A DNA stretch of 64,000 bases from an uncultured Bacteroidales bacterium (GTDB lineage: Bacteria > Bacteroidota > Bacteroidia > Bacteroidales > UBA1715): positions 33,763 through 97,762 of the forward strand of contig CAYFVM010000001.1 in the NCBI GenBank assembly GCA_964346725.1, given 5' to 3'. Each line of letters begins with the position of its first letter. Position 1 is the stretch's first letter. Both the position numbers and the translations under genes were made by a program. This document shows, one piece after another, positions 10,059-19,662 of the stretch. Below the pieces are notes generated by a model, which did not search any database, was not told the DNA's origin, and saw nothing but the letters and a program-made list of their open reading frames with translations.

Positions 10059-11245
10059 GATTTCACTCCGTTAAAGTCGAATGTCAAAGAAAAGCGGAAC
10101 GTATTAGCCAATGGTGAGTTTTTGCCATTGATAGGGATTAGATATGAAAAGTCAAGTCCGAATACATTGAGTCGAAGCCCTGCACCGGCAGTAAAATATT
10201 TGCGATCACCTTTTGTTTCTGCTTCATTGAAGTAGCCGGCACGAATAGCAAATTGTTCGTTGTACCAATATTCAGCACCAATGCTGATTGTATATTCTTT
10301 CATTTCTTCTTTGAATCCACTAGGTGCATCGTAGAATGATTGGAATATGCCTTGAACACTCGAAATATCATCGTCTTTCCCTGCTACTATAACATATTTG
10401 TCTGCAGTATCTTTTTGATAAACAGGAGGAGTAGGTACAAGTAATTTATTGAAATCAAGGAACAAACTGATTTTATTATATTCGTCAATTTTCATAGTGT
10501 AGCCTGCTCCTAGTCTCATATTTGCAGGGATAAAGTCTTTGTTGTCTTCTGAATAAGAGATTCTAGAACCAATATTTGAAAAATTAAAACCTAAGGTTAA
10601 TAATCCGGGCATTAGTTTTTTGATGTTTTTGAAATATGTTCCTGAAACATCAGCTGCTACAGCTTTCCCTGCATGGTAATTGTCTTGTGTGCCACCAGTT
10701 AAGTTAGAGTAGATAAAACGACCGGTCATACCCATTACAAAATTATCGGCAAGGTAGCGAGAGTATGATACATCAAAAGAGTATTCTTGTGGAGAAATTG
10801 AGTAGCCCATTGCATTTCCATTTTCATCATATGCAGGAATTTCGCCTAATGAAAAATAGCAAAGTGATGCGCCAATAGCTTCTTTTTTAGAAGGAAGCTT
10901 TTTGTATCCAGCTAAATATATTAAGTTGATATCTTTAATGCCAAGGTTCGATAACCATGGTGTGTAAGAAAGTCCAACACTCATATCATCAGCAGCAAGT
11001 GCGTATTTTGATGCATTTGAATGTTGAGACCAAGCATCAGTACTTGTAGCTACTCCCGCATCACCCATAGCTCCACTACGAGAGTCAGGAGTAATGGTTA
11101 AAAACGATACAGCTGTTGTTATTACATTATATTTATTTTCAAGGTCTTGCCCAGTACTATATGTATTGTCATCCACTTGTTGTGCAAATAGAGAAGCACT
11201 TATAATAAGAGCACAAGAAGTAGTAAATATGTGTCGCATTGTCAT
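10055..11245 (-). CDS. porV: T9SS outer-membrane shuttle protein PorV (LptO)
   Basis: About 396 aa beta-barrel protein lying directly downstream of porU. Signal peptide MTMRHIFTTSCALIISASLFAQQ, aromatic-rich beta-strand pattern, and a C-terminal ...FRFSLTFDF. Start trimmed to the ATG that gives the signal peptide. Confidence 0.8.
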   Translation of the reverse strand: MTMRHIFTTSCALIISASLFAQQVDDNTYSTGQDLENKYNVITTAVSFLTITPDSRSGAMGDAGVATSTDAWSQHSNASKYALAADDMSVGLSYTPWLSNLGIKDINLIYLAGYKKLPSKKEAIGASLCYFSLGEIPAYDENGNAMGYSISPQEYSFDVSYSRYLADNFVMGMTGRFIYSNLTGGTQDNYHAGKAVAADVSGTYFKNIKKLMPGLLTLGFNFSNIGSRISYSEDNKDFIPANMRLGAGYTMKIDEYNKISLFLDFNKLLVPTPPVYQKDTADKYVIVAGKDDDISSVQGIFQSFYDAPSGFKEEMKEYTISIGAEYWYNEQFAIRAGYFNEAETKGDRKYFTAGAGLRLNVFGLDFSYLIPINGKNSPLANTFRFSLTFDFNGVKS

Positions 11246-11327
11246 TGTTTTAGATTCAAATTTATTTTTGCAAATATACATTTTTTATAAACTTTAAATT
11301 ATCGTGTTTATTATTTGATTATAAATA

Positions 11328-14300
11328 TTATTTCATAAGAAGGATTTTTTGCTTTCCATACAAATTCTTCCCGTCTTGCGTTTGTATTTCAATAGTATAC
11401 GGGTAAATACCTGATTTCATTACGGCTCCATCAGAAGAACGTCCATCCCATGTGAGAGATTCATCGGTGAAGCCTCCCGGCGTATTTTCTTGCTTTATCA
11501 TTTTAACTATATTTCCAGAGATGTCATATATATTTATTGTAACCGTAATCTCATTCCCTGCTTGATTGTGTTCAAAGTGAAAACGAGTAATGTCATTCAT
11601 CGGATTTGGGTAATTGTATAACTCTGAGATAGTTATATTTCCGGAATTCGTTACATAAAAATCAATACTTGTTTCTGTTACATTGTTGTATGCATCCCAA
11701 ATGGTGAGAGTGAGAGTGTGGTTGCCTTCTTCTAAATCTTTGAGTTGGTACAAAATGCTTCCCGAAACGTAAGTGTTAATGTCGGCATAGTAAAAATCGT
11801 TGAGTATAATCTGATTTGATTCGTCATCGTCAATTGTGAGCACAATGTTATGACCAATAGCAGCATTGGAAATATTAATGCCTGATGAATCTGTAACGTA
11901 GACTAGAAGTTGTGGATTTTGGTTGGTCATAGAACCGGAAGTAAACGAACTGTCATTTAAAAAGAGTGAAACTTGAGGTCCGGTATAGTCGTCGTTGGTT
12001 AAACTTTCACTTCCATTTATAATCAAATCGTAATAAGCCCCTGATGCTTGAATGCTGTCGTTTGTGGCGTAAAGACTTAGTTTCCCTTTACCATTGTAGT
12101 ATAGAATATCTTGGGGAATATTTGCTTGAAATGAGAAAACACCATTCGTAATGTCTGCTAATCCTTGGAAAAGCACATTAGTATATGAATTGAAAGAAAA
12201 AGTATTTCCACCGTCGTTTCCTAATGTTGTAATAGATTGTTCTTTATCAAAAAGTTTTATGAAAAGACGTCCATTGTACGAAGAGTCTATTTGGTTTGTA
12301 ACGTCTGCTATGTGTCCTACAACGCGAAGGGTTGATAATGATTTAATTGTATCTGCAAATTCTTCGGAATTTTTATCATTAATAGAATCAAGAGCAATGG
12401 AATATTGAGGCATTGCAATTCGTAGAGCAGGGTCTCCTAATAATGTGTACAAGCGTTTGTTTTGATAAAAGTCATTCGGCGTGTTTGCTTTTGCGATTTT
12501 TAATGATTCTCCAATTGTTTGAATTTGATTGAGTGAATCTAGGGAGAAAATAGTTTTATACAAATTATTACACAATGTATAGTTTGATGAAGCATAAGAA
12601 TATCGAGTAGCACTAATAATGCCAATGCCTCCTCCATCTTTTTGTAGTAAGATTTTTTCGCCAATAGATGTTCCGTCATAGTCATAGTGAGCTATGTTGC
12701 AGGCTGCGCCTATGAAGAATGGCAATTTTGTAGTGTTTTTCCAAGATTCAATAGTTGTTGCTTCAATAGCATATTCAGCCATCATTCGAGTTTCATTACC
12801 GTGTCCCGTATAGTTGAATATTAAACAACCTTTTTGAATTCTATCATATATAGCCGAGACAACTTCCGGGTATCGCTGACCAGCACTACTGTTTACTTGT
12901 TGGTATGCATCAGCATAAATTTTATCAAAATTGAACTGAGGATATGTCTGACTAATTGTCTTGCAAAGTAAATCAGCATCAGTCATGTGAATTGTTTGTC
13001 CTTCGTCAGCATCATCGGCAAGGAAACATAAATAGTTTTGCCAATCTCCACGATATGAAGGATTTGTTGCGTATTGAATCAGTTTCTTCGTATAGTTTTT
13101 AGCTTGTGTTTCGTTTGAAACTGGAATTCTACCAACAGCGATAGACAGTTCACCAGAAAAGTCATCATTAGGCTTTATGCCTGAATTGTCATCAAGAATG
13201 CCAAAGAAATCATCAGAACAATATGACCCATCAATATTTAGACTTTCTTTTGATTCTAATGTAAAAATGTATGTTCCATTAAGGTCTATAGTTTTATTTG
13301 AATAAATGCCATCGCCAAAAAGCAATACGTATTTCAAATTTTTATTTCCTTTTTTATAGACATATCGAAGGTAGTTCCTAATAGCAGCTACATCTTTTCT
13401 GCCTGCCGAAAATTCGTTGCAAATCAATTCTTGTGAAACCACTTTTACTGAAAAGTTGTCAATGGTTTTGTGTAAATCAGCGATTTGTTGGGCATATTCA
13501 GAAAAGACATCATTAGCGACAATAATCATGTCAGGATTGGTATCAGAAAGAATATCTTGGTTTGCAATAGTTTTCTCTAATTCTACGGATTTATAATCAG
13601 ACGAAAATGCAATGTATTCGTGCAGATTCTCAATATTTGCTTTGAATGTGGTAGTGCCATTTGTGAATTGAGTAGCAACAATAGATGGTTTTTCCGGATT
13701 TGTAATATCCCAGATTGAATTTTTAGATTTAGATGAAAGTAGGAATTTTCCTACACCATTTGTCGCAATGCTATTTGCATCACGAAAAATTAGTTGCTCA
13801 TTGTCTTCAATTTTGAGAGAACAACGAGAGTGAAGTCTGCAATAATCTAGACATGATTTACTATTAGCTCCACTAAAGTTTTGTGTGATAGAAAATGAAA
13901 GGTTTTCAGTTGAAGGAAGGAATTTGAATGTTTGGGTTTTTAATCTTGCATAAGGATTGTTGCCCAAACAAGCACTAAAAGTCATACTTGCCAACGAGGA
14001 TTCATTTGCTGTAATACTGATAGTTCCTGTAGATGCATGTCGAGCAGCAATTGAAAACGTAACGTCCGCTTGGGTATTGGTGAGAATATTTTTAACGTTG
14101 AACGAGAGCGTTTTTGAAGAAGGAATTGTCTCATAAAATTCTCGTCCGGAATTTAAAAAATTTATTTCGTTTAATTCGTGTACTTGCAGATTGTCATATG
14201 AAGAAATTGTTGCTATTTCTGCCGTTGTGGGCGCCGTTTTGCTTGAAATAAATTTTGTGGGCGTACGGGTTGTTGTTACGAAATAATAGTTCTTGTCGCT

Positions 14301-14702
14301 ATAACTATGCGTTTTGTGAGAAAAAGTTTTGCCGGTTTCATCGTACGCCCACACGTGTGGCGATTGTCCATAGAAAAGAATGTAGTCGCCGGAATTGAAC
14401 ACATTGTCGTTCCCTTTATCCATTAAAATAGCAATTTCGTGGAGAGATTCAGGAAGTTGAGCATCATTCATTAACGACAATTCTCCGGCTCCATTGCCAA
14501 ATACTGCAACAGAGTTAATGTCTTTGAATCCCCATGAAACTATATCGTCGTATGAGATTTTGTAAACGCCAGATTCGGAAACAGAAATTTGTACCCATGT
14601 ACCATTCGACAATACAGACTGAGCATTGCTTTCTTTTGAAGAGAAAACCAAAAAGCAACACATAAAAATTATTGTTTGTATTGGTGTTTTAAGTATTTGC
14701 AC
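11328..14702 (-). CDS. porU: T9SS C-terminal signal peptidase/sortase PorU (gingipain C25-like)
   Basis: 1124 aa with a signal peptide. It is large and secreted, carries a C-terminal T9SS-type beta-sandwich tail (...ITVTINIYDISGNIVKMI...GIYPYTIEIQT...), and sits in the conserved porU-porV pair next to gldJ. Confidence 0.8.
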   Translation of the reverse strand: MQILKTPIQTIIFMCCFLVFSSKESNAQSVLSNGTWVQISVSESGVYKISYDDIVSWGFKDINSVAVFGNGAGELSLMNDAQLPESLHEIAILMDKGNDNVFNSGDYILFYGQSPHVWAYDETGKTFSHKTHSYSDKNYYFVTTTRTPTKFISSKTAPTTAEIATISSYDNLQVHELNEINFLNSGREFYETIPSSKTLSFNVKNILTNTQADVTFSIAARHASTGTISITANESSLASMTFSACLGNNPYARLKTQTFKFLPSTENLSFSITQNFSGANSKSCLDYCRLHSRCSLKIEDNEQLIFRDANSIATNGVGKFLLSSKSKNSIWDITNPEKPSIVATQFTNGTTTFKANIENLHEYIAFSSDYKSVELEKTIANQDILSDTNPDMIIVANDVFSEYAQQIADLHKTIDNFSVKVVSQELICNEFSAGRKDVAAIRNYLRYVYKKGNKNLKYVLLFGDGIYSNKTIDLNGTYIFTLESKESLNIDGSYCSDDFFGILDDNSGIKPNDDFSGELSIAVGRIPVSNETQAKNYTKKLIQYATNPSYRGDWQNYLCFLADDADEGQTIHMTDADLLCKTISQTYPQFNFDKIYADAYQQVNSSAGQRYPEVVSAIYDRIQKGCLIFNYTGHGNETRMMAEYAIEATTIESWKNTTKLPFFIGAACNIAHYDYDGTSIGEKILLQKDGGGIGIISATRYSYASSNYTLCNNLYKTIFSLDSLNQIQTIGESLKIAKANTPNDFYQNKRLYTLLGDPALRIAMPQYSIALDSINDKNSEEFADTIKSLSTLRVVGHIADVTNQIDSSYNGRLFIKLFDKEQSITTLGNDGGNTFSFNSYTNVLFQGLADITNGVFSFQANIPQDILYYNGKGKLSLYATNDSIQASGAYYDLIINGSESLTNDDYTGPQVSLFLNDSSFTSGSMTNQNPQLLVYVTDSSGINISNAAIGHNIVLTIDDDESNQIILNDFYYADINTYVSGSILYQLKDLEEGNHTLTLTIWDAYNNVTETSIDFYVTNSGNITISELYNYPNPMNDITRFHFEHNQAGNEITVTINIYDISGNIVKMIKQENTPGGFTDESLTWDGRSSDGAVMKSGIYPYTIEIQTQDGKNLYGKQKILLMK

Positions 14703-14751
14703 TCGAAATAAAATAAAATATAAAAGAATACGTAATTTAAATACCTTATAG

Positions 14752-14759
14752 TATTTTTG
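14752..14759 (+). promoter_or_regulatory. -7 promoter box (TATTTTTG) for the PorP/SprF-like gene
   Basis: TAnnTTTG match 21 nt upstream of the TTG start at 14780. Confidence 0.45.
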
Positions 14760-14779
14760 CTTGTAAAATTATTTAAAAC

Positions 14780-15754
14780 TTGAAACATATTGCAAAAAGA
14801 GCGCTACTTTTTTCGTTATACATTGTAATTTGTGTAATCGAGTCATCTGCTCAAATAGTAGATTTCTCTCAAGTTTATACCAATTATGTATATCTAAATC
14901 CCGCATTCGTTGGTGTCCATTCCTGTCCGAATGTTTATACTTCATTTCGGACAAAAAACTCCATGTTCGAAGGATACAATTCTGCCTATGTTTCGTTTGA
15001 TATGGAACTAAAGAAAAGTAATAGCGCTATAGGTGTCTCTCTATTGCAAGATGTGCAAGACAATATTTTTAATCAAACGCAGTTGCTCACAATGTATGCT
15101 CACATGTTTCAATTACAAAAACATTTGTATGCAGCGCTTTCGTTGGGAGCCGGGTATGTATATGGGTCCACAGATTATTCCAACTTAGTTTTTTCTGACA
15201 TGTTAAATGTATTTCAAGATGGAGTAAATCCAACCGGAGAAGATTTGACAAAAATAGTGCGTCATAATTTTAACTCAGAAATGGGGGTATTGGTATACAA
15301 CGACATGTTTTATTCGGGTATTACTATTAAAAATTTGCAGGGAAATATTACCGAAAATAACAAAAATGAGAATTTATTTCCAAGAATTTTTTCATTCCAT
15401 AGCATGGCAAAATTTTCAACCACAAAGGCCTTTACTCAAAAGTACTTAATTTGGTTCTATCCTCATGTAAATGTGGTAGTTGGAGGAACTTCGTCGTATG
15501 CGCAATTAGGGTTAATTTTACAAAAATGGATGATACAATTTGGTGGTGCATACCGACAAAATATACCTATGAACGCAAATTCTTTCGGAATTTTTATTGG
15601 TATTGTTGAAAAAAAGTTTAGATTTGCGTACAATTGTGTTATGACTAATAACTCAATAAAACTAATTGGTACGCATGAGGTATCCTTAAGCTATCAATTT
15701 GATTGTCGAGAAAAAAAGAAAAAATATGAGGCGGTTAAAGCGCCGACGTTTTAA
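14780..15754 (+). CDS. PorP/SprF-family T9SS membrane protein
   Basis: 324 aa with signal peptide ...ICVIESSAQ. It has the family-typical N-terminus (DFSQVYTNYVYLNPAFVG) and a beta-barrel-like alternating pattern. The TTG start is forced because an in-frame TAA lies 2 codons upstream. Confidence 0.7.
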   Translation: MKHIAKRALLFSLYIVICVIESSAQIVDFSQVYTNYVYLNPAFVGVHSCPNVYTSFRTKNSMFEGYNSAYVSFDMELKKSNSAIGVSLLQDVQDNIFNQTQLLTMYAHMFQLQKHLYAALSLGAGYVYGSTDYSNLVFSDMLNVFQDGVNPTGEDLTKIVRHNFNSEMGVLVYNDMFYSGITIKNLQGNITENNKNENLFPRIFSFHSMAKFSTTKAFTQKYLIWFYPHVNVVVGGTSSYAQLGLILQKWMIQFGGAYRQNIPMNANSFGIFIGIVEKKFRFAYNCVMTNNSIKLIGTHEVSLSYQFDCREKKKKYEAVKAPTF

Positions 15755-15784
15755 ATATAGATGTGCAATTAAAAACAAAATGTT

Positions 15785-17296
15785 ATGAATATTAAGAATC
15801 TTTTGATGTATTCAGCAATCGCAGGACTATTCTTAATGAGTTCTTGCGCTGATGAAGTTTCTACTGCTACGGGATGGAACTACAATGATTCAGACAACGG
15901 AGGTTTCGAAAAGGGTGATGATTTTTACGAACAGGAAACCGGTCCGGGACTCGTTTTAGTTGAAGGTGGTTCGTTTACAATGGGCGCTGTTCAACAGGAT
16001 GTAATGTATGATTGGAACAATGTCGCACGTAAGGTGAGTGTATCTTCATTCTACATGGACGAAACAGAAGTACGAAATTTGGATTATCGTGAATATTTGC
16101 ACTGGTTGACTCGTGTTTATCAAGACAATCCCTATGTGTATTGGTCAGCTTTGCCTGATACATTGGTATGGAGAAGTCGTATGAGCTACAATGAGCCATA
16201 TGTTCAACACTATTTGCGTCACCCAGCATTCCAAAACTATCCTGTTGTTGGTGTTAGTTGGTTGCAAGCAAATGACTATTGCGTTTGGCGTACCGACCGT
16301 GTAAACGAAAGAATATTAATTCGTGAAGGTGTGCTTAACGAAAATATTGATCAACGTGGTGATGATAACTTCAACGTTGAAGCATACATGAATCATATGT
16401 ATGAAGGTTCTGTAAATCAAAACTTACATGATTACAACCCATCTAACTCTGATGGTACTCGTATAGTTCGTGAGGAAGATGGTATTATTCTTCCAAAATA
16501 TCGTCTCCCAACAGAAGCAGAATGGGAATTTGCAGCTTTGGCAACCATTGGAAACTCAGTTGATGAACGTATTTACGAACGTAGAGTATATCCTTGGAAT
16601 GGACATCAATTACGTAACCCAAGTGTAAATGATCGTGGTCAAATGATGGCCAACTATACTCGTGGACGTGGTGATCAAATGGGTGTTGCCGGTCGTTTAA
16701 ATGATATGGCAGATATTACAGGTCCTGTTTTGTCATACTGGCCAAATGATTATGGATTGTATGGTATGGCAGGTAACGTAAACGAATGGGTACTTGACGT
16801 ATATCGTGCAAATTCTTCAGGTGATGTAGATGAATTCAGACCTTTTAGAGGTAACGTATTCCAAAAATATACTGAAGTTGAACAAGGTGTATTTGAACAA
16901 AAAGATTCTTTAGGTCGTATGGTGAAAGAAGAAATTACAGAATCTGATGCATATGGTCGTATGAACTATCGCCAATCTGATAACATTAACTATTTAGATG
17001 GTGATAAAATGTCAAGTGTTGATTTCCAAGAAACAGATATTGAAGATTCTACAAGAACATATGGTTCAAATTTAATGTATCAACAAAAAAATACTTCTGA
17101 AGAAGGCTTGTATGCAGAAACAGGTTGGTATACTTTAGTAAATGATCACACTCGTGTATACAAAGGTGGTAGCTGGCGTGATAGAGCTTATTACCTAGCT
17201 CCAGGTTCTCGTCGCTTCTTAGATGAATCAAAATCTGCAGATGATATAGGTTTCCGTTGTGCAATGACACGCGTAGGAAGTCCAGTTTCTTACTAA
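15785..17296 (+). CDS. gldJ: Gliding-motility/T9SS lipoprotein GldJ (FGE-sulfatase-like fold; paralog of GldK/PorK)
   Basis: Lipoprotein signal (...LFLMSSCADE). Contains ATGWNYND...ETGPGLVLVEGGSFTMG...QDVMYDWNN and an FGE/SUMF1-like C-terminus (GGSWRD...GFRC). Synteny is porV-porU-gldJ-murF. Confidence 0.8.
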   Translation: MNIKNLLMYSAIAGLFLMSSCADEVSTATGWNYNDSDNGGFEKGDDFYEQETGPGLVLVEGGSFTMGAVQQDVMYDWNNVARKVSVSSFYMDETEVRNLDYREYLHWLTRVYQDNPYVYWSALPDTLVWRSRMSYNEPYVQHYLRHPAFQNYPVVGVSWLQANDYCVWRTDRVNERILIREGVLNENIDQRGDDNFNVEAYMNHMYEGSVNQNLHDYNPSNSDGTRIVREEDGIILPKYRLPTEAEWEFAALATIGNSVDERIYERRVYPWNGHQLRNPSVNDRGQMMANYTRGRGDQMGVAGRLNDMADITGPVLSYWPNDYGLYGMAGNVNEWVLDVYRANSSGDVDEFRPFRGNVFQKYTEVEQGVFEQKDSLGRMVKEEITESDAYGRMNYRQSDNINYLDGDKMSSVDFQETDIEDSTRTYGSNLMYQQKNTSEEGLYAETGWYTLVNDHTRVYKGGSWRDRAYYLAPGSRRFLDESKSADDIGFRCAMTRVGSPVSY

Positions 17297-17314
17297 TAGA
17301 AATTACAGAATATT

Positions 17315-17345
17315 AAAAGCCCCCATCTGCGGGGCTTTTTTTTTG
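17315..17345 (+). terminator. Intrinsic terminator after gldJ
   Basis: aaaagcccc-atctgc-ggggctttt followed by a T run. Confidence 0.85.
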
Positions 17346-17362
17346 AATAGAACTAAGGTGTT

Positions 17363-18649
17363 ATGAATGTACAAGAATTTTATGAAACCTATTTCGTAAG
17401 GTTTCCTAAGGTATCAACCGATACTCGAACAATCACAAAAAATACTATTTTTATTGCCTTAAAAGGAGATACCTTCGATGGTAATAAGTATGCCGAAAAA
17501 GCTATAGAATTAGGAGCAGTTTGTGCTATTGTAGATGATGATTCTGTTCAAGGAGAAAATTGTATTCATGTTGAAAATTCATTGCAGTTTTTGCAAGATT
17601 TAGCTCATTATCATAGAATGCAGTTACGTATTCCTGTAATTGGAATTACAGGAACAAATGGTAAAACCACCACAAAAGAATTGGTTTCTGCTGTGTTGAT
17701 GCAAAAATACAAAGTAGAGTACACTCGTGGTAATTTGAACAATCATATAGGTGTTCCTATGACGTTGTTGTCTCTTACAAAGGATGTTGAGATTGCGGTG
17801 GTAGAAATGGGAGCCAATCACCCAGGAGAAATCAAAACATTGGTAAATATAGCATCGCCAACGTGCGGTTTGATTACAAATGTAGGAAAGGCTCACTTAC
17901 TCGGATTTGGTAGTTTTGAGAATATTATAAAGACCAAAACAGAGCTTTACGAATATTTGGCAAGTGTTGATGGCACTGTTTTTATTGATGTTGACAACAC
18001 TCATCTTATGAATAATTTGCGAGGAGTGAAAAAACTTGAGCAATATTCATTTGTGGCAAATGCTCCGTATTCAGGAACGATGATAGATAAAGCTATTTAC
18101 GCAGCCTTTACCTTTACGCAGAATGGAAAATCCGTAGATATTCATTCTTCATTATACGGAGAATACAATGCTAAAAATATGTTGGCTGCAGCTACTGTCG
18201 GAACGTACTTTGGCGTGTCGTTGGAGCAAATAAAATCTGCGATAGAGGGTTATGTGCCGTCAAACAATCGCTCACAATTGCAAAAAACTGCGAAAAACAC
18301 CTTGATTTTGGATGCGTACAATGCCAATCCAACAAGTATGCGTGCATCGTTGGAAACATTCGTAAACATGGATGCTCCAAATAAATGTGCCATCTTAGGT
18401 GAAATGTTTGAACTTGATGAATCTTCAGAAAGAGAACATACTTCAATTTTGGAACTTTTACGCAATTCATCTGTTGCGAATGTTATTCTTGTTGGTAATT
18501 GGCCACATATAGATGGACTAGAGGCTCATTACTATACAACGTCTGAAGAACTACGCCAGCAGCTTGTTGCAAAACCAATAGAAAATGCAACCGTTTTGGT
18601 GAAAGGCTCACATGGAGTGAAGTTGGAAACAGTTATCAATGCATTATAA
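17363..18649 (+). CDS. murF: UDP-N-acetylmuramoyl-tripeptide--D-alanyl-D-alanine ligase
   Basis: 428 aa, Mur ligase P-loop GITGTNGKTTTKE, and DAYNANPTSM. Confidence 0.92.
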   Translation: MNVQEFYETYFVRFPKVSTDTRTITKNTIFIALKGDTFDGNKYAEKAIELGAVCAIVDDDSVQGENCIHVENSLQFLQDLAHYHRMQLRIPVIGITGTNGKTTTKELVSAVLMQKYKVEYTRGNLNNHIGVPMTLLSLTKDVEIAVVEMGANHPGEIKTLVNIASPTCGLITNVGKAHLLGFGSFENIIKTKTELYEYLASVDGTVFIDVDNTHLMNNLRGVKKLEQYSFVANAPYSGTMIDKAIYAAFTFTQNGKSVDIHSSLYGEYNAKNMLAAATVGTYFGVSLEQIKSAIEGYVPSNNRSQLQKTAKNTLILDAYNANPTSMRASLETFVNMDAPNKCAILGEMFELDESSEREHTSILELLRNSSVANVILVGNWPHIDGLEAHYYTTSEELRQQLVAKPIENATVLVKGSHGVKLETVINAL

Positions 18650-19651
18650 TTGACACATTGAAATCCTTTTTTTTCGTTTTATAAAATATGCCCATACTAT
18701 AGAGTGTGGGTAGATTTCTTTATGCACCTTTTTAGAGGGCATTGCTTTTCGTTTCTCGTTAAGCAGTGGAATTGCCCGTTTATATTCTTTGTGTGCGTGA
18801 ATAATTTCTTTCGCATTTTTGAAATCACCATGGAGTATGAAATTGCACCAAGAGAGTGCATCAAGAAGTTGACGTTTGAAAATAATGTTCTTGTAACAAT
18901 TGTTTGGAAGGTTCTTATGAAGCATAAACAAATTGTTCCGGTAGTTTAAATACGTTTTAAACGGATTTTCTTTTGGCAAAGAACCTCCACCAACGTGAAA
19001 AACCTCGGATTTGTGTATGTATTTGATACTGTAGCCTGCATTTTTCACTCGCCAACAGAAATCAATTTCTTCCATATGAGCAAAAAAATCTTTGTCTAAG
19101 CCACCAACCTCATTGTACACGGCTCTTTTAATAAATAGAGCAGCTCCGGAAGCCCAGAAAATTTCATAATCTTCATCATATTGGCCTTCGTCTTTTTCTA
19201 TTGTGTCAAATAGTCGGCCATTGCAAAAAGGATATCCAAAAGTGTCTATAAATCCTCCTGCAGCTCCGGCGTATTCAAAATATTCGGGATTGTAGTACGA
19301 TTTGAGTTTTGGCATACAAACCGCCAAATTTTTGTCATTCTCCATTTCTGCAATAATCGGCTGAATCCAATTTTTTCCTACTTGTACATCGGAATTGAGC
19401 AATACATAATAGTCTGCCGTAATTTGTTCCAATCCACGATTGTAGCCTTCGGCAAAACCATAGTTTTTGTCGAGTATAATAAGTGGCGTTTCGGGAAAAT
19501 TATTTTGGAGAAATTCTACACTATTATCGGTTGAATTGTTGTCAATGATATAAACAGTGGCTTCCGGGGAATTTTCAATAACGTTTGGAAGGAATTTTTC
19601 CATCCATGATTTTCCATTCCAATTTAATATAGCAACAGCAACAGTCGGCAT
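18644..19651 (-). CDS. Glycosyltransferase family 2 (soluble)
   Basis: 335 aa. VAVAILNWNG..., YIIDNNSTDNS and LNSDV (DxD-like) are typical of GT2 rhamnosyl/galactosyl-transferase-like enzymes. Confidence 0.8.
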   Translation of the reverse strand: MPTVAVAILNWNGKSWMEKFLPNVIENSPEATVYIIDNNSTDNSVEFLQNNFPETPLIILDKNYGFAEGYNRGLEQITADYYVLLNSDVQVGKNWIQPIIAEMENDKNLAVCMPKLKSYYNPEYFEYAGAAGGFIDTFGYPFCNGRLFDTIEKDEGQYDEDYEIFWASGAALFIKRAVYNEVGGLDKDFFAHMEEIDFCWRVKNAGYSIKYIHKSEVFHVGGGSLPKENPFKTYLNYRNNLFMLHKNLPNNCYKNIIFKRQLLDALSWCNFILHGDFKNAKEIIHAHKEYKRAIPLLNEKRKAMPSKKVHKEIYPHSIVWAYFIKRKKRISMCQL

Positions 19652-19662
19652 TTTTTTAGTAT

